From positions 1 to 21,840 of the forward strand of contig JAQVGB010000007.1 in assembly GCA_028696915.1 (NCBI GenBank): a DNA stretch of 21,840 nt, written 5' to 3'. The notes under the pieces were generated by a model, which ran no database searches, was not told where the DNA came from, and worked only from the letters and a program-made list of their open reading frames with translations. Position 1 is the stretch's first letter. Every line of letters begins with the position of its first letter. The position numbers and the translations under genes are program-made. This document shows positions 9,049-15,233 of this stretch, piece by piece. Source of the stretch: Candidatus Dojkabacteria bacterium (GTDB lineage: Bacteria; Patescibacteriota; Dojkabacteria; SC72; JAFGCJ01).

Positions 9049-10176
9049 TTATATCACCATTTCGCTGTCGTTGATGACCCGTACGACCGTTTTCTTCCGT
9101 TCCAGTTTGGTAACCGGCTGTTCATCTTCGGGCTTGGGAAGCCGGTAGTACGTTGATCGTCCCCCGTGATGTACTGAAACAAGCTTTTTCCGGACAAGTT
9201 CATTGAGGTCACGGTAGGCAGTCATGGTTGAAACACCCGTCATCCCCACATACTCGCGGCGGGAGATCCTGGGGTGATACTGGAGGTGCCGTACGAGCCT
9301 CTGTTGGCGTGGGTTGAGCACGAGCAGCTGTTCTCTTTGCAGGTGAACTTTCTTTTCTGCCGCTCGCACGACATCGTTTTTTAATGAAACCATATCGGAC
9401 GAAATTCCGTTGAGGTAGGTCTCGATCCATCCGGTCACATCCGCAGTTGTCCAGTCGATTGATGACAGCGCGTCAATAAATTGTTCTTTATGATTGAGGA
9501 AACTTCCAGCGACCGGGAAAAGGCCCTTGAGCGAGAGTCGCGAGCGCTCCATGAGCAGTTCCGTAGAAGCAAGCATGGTGATGAAATTGCCGGACATGAA
9601 CGGATACCACCGATACAACTCCGATATGACACAGGCACACTTGATTGCGGGGTGCACCTGATGCCGCTTTTCCCCGAACCAATGGAGCACATCCGTGAAG
9701 TACCGCTGAGGATCTATCGAAAGCCTCGGCAGTTCCCTGTCTTTCAGAAGAGGGTCCGCCGGATCGCTTACGGTGTCCATAATCGACCTGAACCGCCCGC
9801 TTTCCCACGATTCGACGATCGTGTTGAGAAGAAGCTTGTTTAAATGAAGAAGCAGTGATGCTGAGAGCGATAGGTACGGGTCATTGCTTGATGCATACAT
9901 GAAATCACTGGTGCTCCGGTAGTTTGCAAGAATGACTGATTTTGAACCGGGCAGTGGAATATCTCTTCCCGAGGCAAGGTTTGAGGCATCAGGCTGAGAG
10001 AGTGGAATATTCAGCTGTGTGGCAAGCGCTGAAATGTTGCTTGATGCCTGCTGGTGTAGAAGCGATTTTTGCACTTTCGCCGAAAGTGGCGTGCTTCGGA
10101 TATCGTGGATTGCAAGCTCGAGACGGATCAAGTGCGAAACGATTGTGTTCGTCAGAGAGAATGTTGGAACGTACAT
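9049..10176 (-). CDS. Fic/DOC-fold protein with degenerate catalytic motif and a C-terminal winged-HTH
   Basis: At the position of the Fic signature HPFxxGNGRxxR the protein reads YPFMSGNFITML (nt 9571-9606). The C-terminus LNPRQQRLVRHLQYHPRISRREYVGMTGVSTMTAYRDLNELVRKKLV resembles the wHTH found on long Fic proteins. Confidence 0.6.
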   Translation of the reverse strand: MYVPTFSLTNTIVSHLIRLELAIHDIRSTPLSAKVQKSLLHQQASSNISALATQLNIPLSQPDASNLASGRDIPLPGSKSVILANYRSTSDFMYASSNDPYLSLSASLLLHLNKLLLNTIVESWESGRFRSIMDTVSDPADPLLKDRELPRLSIDPQRYFTDVLHWFGEKRHQVHPAIKCACVISELYRWYPFMSGNFITMLASTELLMERSRLSLKGLFPVAGSFLNHKEQFIDALSSIDWTTADVTGWIETYLNGISSDMVSLKNDVVRAAEKKVHLQREQLLVLNPRQQRLVRHLQYHPRISRREYVGMTGVSTMTAYRDLNELVRKKLVSVHHGGRSTYYRLPKPEDEQPVTKLERKKTVVRVINDSEMVI

Positions 10177-10221
10177 TTTTGAGCTCTCAAGTAGAATCTG
10201 GTCCTGGAGCAGTCAGTACTA

Positions 10222-10294
10222 AGCTGGCGGTGAGGATCGAACTCACGACCTACGCTTTACGAAAGCGTCGCTCTACCAACTGAGCTACGCCAGC
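10222..10294 (-). tRNA. tRNA-Thr (anticodon CGU), CCA not encoded
   Basis: Reverse complement GCTGGCGTAGCTCAGTTGGTAGAGCGACGCTTTCGTAAAGCGTAGGTCGTGAGTTCGATCCTCACCGCCAGCT. The anticodon loop is TTCGTAA. Confidence 0.9.
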
Positions 10295-10494
10295 TTTTTG
10301 TGACCACAAGCCTGGTTATAGTTAGGGCATCGTGGTCAAATGAAGGGCCGATTCGTATCGGATTTATATCACAGACGAGATGGCATGTCCACGGGGATAA
10401 GGTAGCAGAACGCCCTCGCAGATGCTTCGCATCTACTCGTTCTTCACGGTCATCCAGTCCAGCGTCCTCTCCTCACGGTGTGAGGAAATGCCGC

Positions 10495-10570
<76 letters not shown>

Positions 10571-10599
10571 ATCGGTCCTGAGGCCAAGAAATCAACTTT

Positions 10600-11430
10600 C
10601 TAAAGGATTTTCTTCTTGTCCAGATTATAATAGATTCCGCCCAGCATCGCACTATGAACGAGAAATCCTGCGGTCTCAACCGTTGGAGAAACGATAGGGC
10701 CACAGCAACACAGCACGACCGTCAATATGCCGAAGAGTACATTAATGACCAGCATGATGACAGCAACCCCAAGAAACTGCGGCCATGCATGCGTGATGAC
10801 CGTCATGATCGTGGACGGTGACATAAGCTTCCCGAGATCCCGATATTTCAGGTACACATACATGAGTGCCGGAATGACCAGGATGGCAACAGCAAACATA
10901 ACCACGCTGAGAATGATCATGAGAAAGACAAACGCGGCGATCAGGAGCGCCGTTATCCATGTGGAATCAATAGAAGACAGCAGAACGATCGGAAGAGCGG
11001 CGGAGATCATGGTGATCAGAACGAGCGGGCCAATCAACAGAAACTGTGCTCCAATGTATACAAGTCCGGTTGTCAACGTTTTTCCTAGGTTTGAATGCTC
11101 CGGAAGGACATCCAGATCATCCTTCTTGACCGCAGAAGTCCTGATTGAGTCAGCGGTCTCCAAAAAGTAGCCTCTGACATACAGCATCACCGGAAGCAAA
11201 ATGAGAGAGCTCAATGTCGGCATAGCGATCGCAAGAAGCGGGAATGCGTCATTGGAGAATCCCCGAGGAAAGGCAAAACTGGAAAACCTGAAGATGTCGG
11301 TGGAGGTTAGTGCCGCATTGATCCCCAGGGAGAAGATTGTATTAAAGAAAAAAATAGCCCAAATAACCCCGGCTTTCGGCAGAAGTCTGCGGTCGTTGAA
11401 GACGCGCGGTATAAAATTGAGAAATTCCAT
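10600..11430 (-). CDS. Hypothetical polytopic integral membrane protein
   Basis: 276 aa with at least six long hydrophobic segments. No catalytic motif is recognisable. The antisense ORFs in the track (10727-11170, 10742-10960) are shadows. Confidence 0.6.
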   Translation of the reverse strand: MEFLNFIPRVFNDRRLLPKAGVIWAIFFFNTIFSLGINAALTSTDIFRFSSFAFPRGFSNDAFPLLAIAMPTLSSLILLPVMLYVRGYFLETADSIRTSAVKKDDLDVLPEHSNLGKTLTTGLVYIGAQFLLIGPLVLITMISAALPIVLLSSIDSTWITALLIAAFVFLMIILSVVMFAVAILVIPALMYVYLKYRDLGKLMSPSTIMTVITHAWPQFLGVAVIMLVINVLFGILTVVLCCCGPIVSPTVETAGFLVHSAMLGGIYYNLDKKKIL

Positions 11431-11437
11431 GGTTTCG

Positions 11438-11446
11438 ATTGTAGCA
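11438..11446 (-). promoter_or_regulatory. Extended -10 element (TGCTACAAT on the minus strand) 7 nt upstream of the membrane-protein ATG
   Basis: The reverse complement of 11431-11446 reads TGCTACAATCGAAACC and is followed by the ATG at 11430. There is no Shine-Dalgarno. Confidence 0.35.
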
Positions 11447-11457
11447 TACTTGTTTGA

Positions 11458-11486
11458 TTGACTGTACCCGGATTATTAGATATAGT
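11458..11486 (+). promoter_or_regulatory. Candidate sigma70 promoter for tRNA-Asp
   Basis: TTGACT (11458-11463), 17 nt spacer, TATAGT (11481-11486), located 53 nt upstream of the tRNA 5' end. Confidence 0.4.
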
Positions 11487-11539
11487 TATGCCGCTAACCT
11501 CTAGTTGAGGCGATCATTAAAACATAATGAAGAATTTGT

Positions 11540-11613
11540 GGGGCGGTAGTTCAGTTGGCTAGAACATCGCACTGTCACTGCGAAGGTCGCGGGTTCGAGC
11601 CCCGTCCGCCCCG
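11540..11613 (+). tRNA. tRNA-Asp (anticodon GUC), CCA not encoded (followed by TAG)
   Basis: 74 nt cloverleaf. The acceptor is GGGGCGG/CCGCCCC with discriminator G, the D arm GTTC-AGTTGGCTA-GAAC, the anticodon arm TCGCA-CTGTCAC-TGCGA, and the T arm GCGGG-TTCGAGC-CCCGT. Confidence 0.92.
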
Positions 11614-11730
11614 TAGGCAATCAAAAATCGTCCGAAAGGGCGATTTTTTGTTGCCTCGCTGGAAGGACGAAGGGCGAGAAGCAAGGTCCCACGAAACGAA
11701 GTGTAGTGGGGAGCCCCGTCCGCCCCGCCA
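11612..11730 (+). repeat. Junction module alpha, copy 1 (119 nt), ending in the 13-mer GTCCGCCCCGCCA (11718-11730)
   Basis: 116/119 identical to 14821-14939. It begins right at the discriminator of tRNA-Asp. The last 20 nt, GAGCCCCGTCCGCCCCGCCA, repeat the tRNA T-loop/acceptor 3' strand and add CCA. Confidence 0.95.
11623..11649 (+). terminator. Intrinsic-terminator-like hairpin downstream of tRNA-Asp
   Basis: AAAAATCGTCC-GAAA-GGGCGATTTTT has an 11 bp stem with one G-U pair, a GNRA-type loop and a T tract. It is nested in an outer inverted repeat AGGCAA (11615-11620) / TTGCCT (11652-11657). Confidence 0.65.
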
Positions 11731-11893
11731 TTTTCAACATGTTCCAACAAGACCCGTCCACTATCTCTAGGAATCCCTTGGTTGCTTCGTAAAATCGCCC
11801 CTAAATTTAAGTATTTCAATTTCACATCCTGGTGGATGAAAATATCCATATTTTAACCAGTTTTTACTTCCCCACGGTTCGAAGATAGAATCC
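11731..11893 (+). repeat. Cassette left arm L, copy 1 (upstream of the ABC gene)
   Basis: Colinear with 13858-14024 in four blocks. The blocks are a 36-nt block TTTTCAACATGTTCCAACAAGACCCGTCCACTATCT (34/36), CCTGGTGGATGAAAA (15/15), CAGTTTTTA (9/9) and CGGTTCGAAGA (11/11). They sit at matching distances from the CCA (97/99 nt and 144/145 nt). Confidence 0.85.
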
Positions 11894-11936
11894 TTTTGTG
11901 ATATACTTTTCAAATAATTACAATAGATATAACGAC

Positions 11937-13715
11937 ATGCTTAAAGAAATAATAAAAGGATTAAAGTACGGACTTAATACACACAAATTCCTTATTACCT
12001 CGCAATGGATTCTTAACACCATTAACCAAACAACACCGCTATTTTTTGCAATCATCTGGGCAAAACTAATAGATACAGCAATAGATGGGATTCAGAATAA
12101 CAACCTCACCTTTTCCTTAATGATAGTTCCCTTCATCCTGTATGGCGTCATAGAAATAGCTAGATCTCTTACAGGGAAATTAGATGATGCATTACAAACA
12201 CTGGCCTATGACAAATTAGAGTTAAAAGTTCATACAGATGTAGTTAAGAAATATTCATCACTTGATATACAAAGCCTAGAAGATCCAGAAGTTAACAGAC
12301 TATTTCAAGTTATAAGGGAGTCATATGAATGGAGAATTAGACATTTAATATTTACATTCGGTAAAGCACTAAGGGCATTTGTAATACTTGGTATTGGTTC
12401 ATTTATACTTTTCAAAATCTCTCCTCTTGTTATGCTCATTATAATTATATCCTCTATACCATCCGTATTAGGAAAAATGAAGTTTGGCTCTATTGATTGG
12501 GGAATATGGCATGCAGATGCAGATAAGTTTAGAAAATTTAACCTAACTAAAGACTTTTTACTTAACAAAGATAATCTTCTGGAGGCAAATATAAACAATA
12601 TATCTCCACATCTCGTTGAAGTAATAAAAGAAATACTGAATTCATATCATCAGAAGAGAAAGCCAGTAATTAAAAAGCGTTTTTTTGTTCTAATTTTAAC
12701 AGACTTAATAGGAATAGTAGGTTCAATATATTCCGTATATCTACTGATTACTCTAGCTTTAACTGGCTCTATCTCAATTGGAAGTTTAATCTTAGGATCA
12801 TCTATCTTCCTTTCATTTTCTGGTGGACTAGGATCTTTCTTGTATGAAATTACAGAATTATATGATTCAGGATTATTCATGAGAGATTTCAACTCTTTTA
12901 TGAATCTTAAGCCTAAAATATCTAAAGGGAATATTCTGTTAGAAAAACTTGATACTCCTCCTACTATAGAGTTTAAGAACGTATCCTTTACATACCCCAA
13001 TACAGACAAAATTGTATTAAAGGATATAGACCTTGTTATTAAACCTGGTATGAAAGTAGCATTAGTAGGTGAAAATGGAGTAGGAAAAACAACCTTAATT
13101 AAACTACTCGCTCGATTCTATACACTGAACAATGGAATGATCGAAATTAATGGTCAAAATCTCGCAGATATTGATACAGAAAGCTGGGAACAGAACTTAG
13201 GTTTACTCACACAACATTTTAATACATACCCTGCATTTAGTGTTGAGGAGAATATATATTTTGGAGATGTATCCAAGGAGAGGAGAAGTAAGAGTATAGA
13301 AAGTGCTGCTGATAAAGCAAATGTTACAAGCTTTATTAACAAATATAAAAACAAATTTAAACAGATTCTTTCTATACAATTTAAGGATGGAATAGATCCA
13401 TCATGGGGACAATGGCAAAGATTAGGAATAGCTAGAACATTATATAGGGATGCACCCGTAGTAATATTTGATGAACCCACATCCTCTATAGATGCTCAAG
13501 CAGAGTATGAGATATTTGAAAACATTAATAGTTCTACTAAAGATAAAACCGTTATATATGTATCACATAGGTATTCTACAGTAAGGAATGCTGACTTAAT
13601 ATGCGTTTTAAAGGATGGAAGAATTGTTGAGTCAGGAAACCATCAAGATTTAATGAGTATTAATGGTGAGTATGCTAAGAACTTTAAATTACAAGCATCG
13701 GGGTATTCAGATTGA
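11937..13715 (+). CDS. ABC exporter, fused permease-ATPase (type I half-transporter) with an atypical signature motif
   Basis: The N-terminal ~330 aa carry about 6 hydrophobic segments. The NBD has Walker A GENGVGKTT, a Q-loop region, Walker B VVIFDEPTSSID and H-loop YVSHR. The signature reads PSWGQWQR instead of LSGGQRQR. ATG 11937 is preferred; the track start at GTG 11898 is possible. The gene is very AT-rich. Confidence 0.85.
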   Translation: MLKEIIKGLKYGLNTHKFLITSQWILNTINQTTPLFFAIIWAKLIDTAIDGIQNNNLTFSLMIVPFILYGVIEIARSLTGKLDDALQTLAYDKLELKVHTDVVKKYSSLDIQSLEDPEVNRLFQVIRESYEWRIRHLIFTFGKALRAFVILGIGSFILFKISPLVMLIIIISSIPSVLGKMKFGSIDWGIWHADADKFRKFNLTKDFLLNKDNLLEANINNISPHLVEVIKEILNSYHQKRKPVIKKRFFVLILTDLIGIVGSIYSVYLLITLALTGSISIGSLILGSSIFLSFSGGLGSFLYEITELYDSGLFMRDFNSFMNLKPKISKGNILLEKLDTPPTIEFKNVSFTYPNTDKIVLKDIDLVIKPGMKVALVGENGVGKTTLIKLLARFYTLNNGMIEINGQNLADIDTESWEQNLGLLTQHFNTYPAFSVEENIYFGDVSKERRSKSIESAADKANVTSFINKYKNKFKQILSIQFKDGIDPSWGQWQRLGIARTLYRDAPVVIFDEPTSSIDAQAEYEIFENINSSTKDKTVIYVSHRYSTVRNADLICVLKDGRIVESGNHQDLMSINGEYAKNFKLQASGYSD

Positions 13716-13759
13716 GATACTTTCCCCTTTTTTATACTGTCTTATTTGTCTCATTTTGT

Positions 13760-13781
13760 GGTCCAGACTCGTATGTCCCGT
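13760..13781 (+). repeat. Degenerate tRNA 3'-end-like cassette right end, copy 1
   Basis: GGTCCAGACTCGTATGTCCCGT matches GGTTCCAGACGTGTATGTCCCGT at 14801-14823. Both align loosely (about 13-15 of 22) to the tRNA-Asp T-loop/acceptor GGTTCGAGCCCCGTCCGCCCCG. Confidence 0.7.
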
Positions 13782-13857
13782 TGTCCACGAATGTAATGAG
13801 TGGTAACAACGGGCGATCCCGCAATCGCGAAGCGAGCTGCGGTGGTCCGCCCCGCCA
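13777..13857 (+). repeat. Junction module beta, copy 1: hairpin, 35-nt conserved body and 13-mer (13845-13857)
   Basis: The hairpin is CCCGTTGT-CCAC...GTGG-ta-ACAACGGG (13777-13813). AACAACGGGCGATCCCGCAATCGCGAAGCGAGCTG (13805-13839) is identical to 20847-20881. The module ends in GTCCGCCCCGCCA. Confidence 0.9.
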
Positions 13858-14024
13858 TTTTCAATATGTTCCAACAAGACCCGTGCACTATCTTTTAAAA
13901 CCCTTATGGGAATTGAGTTATTAAGACTCTAAAAAGTGAAAGTTTTAAAAGTAAGGCCTGGTGGATGAAAAAGATCAAAAAAAAGCAGTTTTTAAGAGCT
14001 CTCGGTTCGAAGAAAAACTAATCC
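13858..14024 (+). repeat. Cassette left arm L, copy 2 (here abutting the 3' end of the minus-strand S51 peptidase gene)
   Basis: See 11731-11893: the same four colinear blocks at the same spacing from the CCA. Confidence 0.85.
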
Positions 14025-14059
14025 TATATACACAAACAAAAAATCATTACGGATAAGTA

Positions 14060-14701
14060 TTACCTCAATTTTGTTTCACTTATAATAACTTCCCCATCTC
14101 TTAAAGGCTTATAAGGTATGCCTTCATGCTTAAAGTACTTTATCGCCTCATTAATCATTTCTGATTCAGGATGATCAGAGTCAAAATGTGGTGCTATTGA
14201 ATAATCTATTAAACCAATTCCCTCCCAAACAATCTCTTTTCCATAGACTTCGGTTACTTTCTCTGGTTCGTCAGCTAATTCAATACCCTTTAAAGAAGGT
14301 GCTAATACACATGCTCCTGCAGAAAAACCTGCGTAAAGGAATTCTGTTTTATCACTCCTGTTTTTATATTCAATTAAAATCTTGTCGAGACCACTTTCTG
14401 CCATTGCACTACGAAGTAAAAAAGCATTTCCACCAATAACCCATAAACCTCCAAATTCGTCCAATTTTGATCTTAATCCTTCCATATCCCCAAAGTAATC
14501 TCTTAGATCTAAGAGCTCCGGTTCAAATCCAAGATCTTTTAATCCATCAATTTGTTTCTGTTCAGAAGCCAATCTTCTTTCGGTGTCATTACTAAAATCT
14601 AGAGCATTAGCTATTAGTGCAATTCTTTTATTTGAAGAAGCTAACTGAGCCAATTTATTAGGATCATCTCCAAATTTGTATGAAGACAAATATAATTTCA
14701 T
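14060..14701 (-). CDS. Peptidase family S51 (dipeptidase E-like)
   Basis: VIGGNAFLL (compare GGGNTF), nucleophile elbow YAGFSAGACV (compare GWSAGA) and IAPHFDSD (compare NPHF). Length is 213 aa. A strong Shine-Dalgarno AGGAGA lies 6 nt before the ATG. Confidence 0.8.
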   Translation of the reverse strand: MKLYLSSYKFGDDPNKLAQLASSNKRIALIANALDFSNDTERRLASEQKQIDGLKDLGFEPELLDLRDYFGDMEGLRSKLDEFGGLWVIGGNAFLLRSAMAESGLDKILIEYKNRSDKTEFLYAGFSAGACVLAPSLKGIELADEPEKVTEVYGKEIVWEGIGLIDYSIAPHFDSDHPESEMINEAIKYFKHEGIPYKPLRDGEVIISETKLR

Positions 14702-14800
14702 AAGAATTCTCCTATTTAAATTACTAACTTTATCTTACTAAAAAATTCTCGAGAAAACCATGTAAATCCATCCTACCTAATTCATACCTTTTCCACTCTT

Positions 14801-14823
14801 GGTTCCAGACGTGTATGTCCCGT
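14801..14823 (+). repeat. Degenerate tRNA 3'-end-like cassette right end, copy 2
   Basis: GGTTCCAGACGTGTATGTCCCGT runs directly into alpha copy 2, exactly as the genuine tRNA-Asp 3' end runs into alpha copy 1. Confidence 0.7.
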
Positions 14824-14939
14824 AGGCAATCAAAAATCGTCCGAAAGGGCGATTTTTTGTTGCCTCGCTGGAAGGACGAAGGGCGAGAAGCACGGTCCCA
14901 CGAAACGAAGTGTAGTGGAAAGCCCCGTCCGCCCCGCCA
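14821..14939 (+). repeat. Junction module alpha, copy 2 (119 nt), ending in the 13-mer (14927-14939)
   Basis: 116/119 identical to 11612-11730. The three differences are A/C at 14893 and GG/AA at 14919-14920. Confidence 0.95.
14832..14858 (+). terminator. Second copy of the terminator-like hairpin
   Basis: Identical to 11623-11649 (AAAAATCGTCCGAAAGGGCGATTTTT plus T tract). Confidence 0.55.
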
Positions 14940-15233
14940 GACGGAACGGTGCTTATAGGTAAACAGTAAATAATGTCAGGACAATGAAAGTTGGCACCTC
15001 CTCAGTTCGAACCTCACACTATGGGCAAATAAGGCGTCCGGAACAGATTTCATAGGATAATCCATTTTCCTTATTATTAAAGCAAAAGTAGGGGTAATTA
15101 TGCGTTCGAACCTAACAATCTAAAAATATGAAAAAATGTAGGTTGCATGTGATAACCAAGAATATCAAGAGAACCTGGATGTATTTGCTAAAACTTTGAA
15201 CATAATTGCGGTGAATATTGCGAAATTGAGCCC

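Noticed and set aside
11614-11730. The alpha module as a second tRNA gene, tRNA pseudogene or tmRNA-like gene.
   Set aside because: Only the last 17 nt (plus CCA) match tRNA-Asp. The T loop is truncated (GGGGAGCCCC), and there is no D arm, no anticodon arm and no 5' acceptor strand GGGGCGG. There is no tag-ORF-like segment either.
10727-13480. ORFs antisense to the membrane protein gene (10727-11170, 10742-10960, 11201-11461) and to the ABC gene (12305-12598, 12650-13009, 13154-13480).
   Set aside because: They are shadow ORFs opposite genes with clear domain motifs. In the AT-rich ABC gene, the antisense frame is open only by codon-composition chance.
11555-13924. ORFs 11555-11770 (+), 11559-11849 (-) and 13712-13924 (+). 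The two plus-strand ORFs share the peptide PPRHFQ(H/Y)VPTRPVHYL, which could suggest a small conserved protein.
   Set aside because: The shared peptide is only the translation of the repeated 13-mer plus the left-arm DNA. The ORFs run through the tRNA-Asp gene, the terminator hairpin and the junction modules. Conservation is at the nucleotide level, including flanking non-ORF bases.
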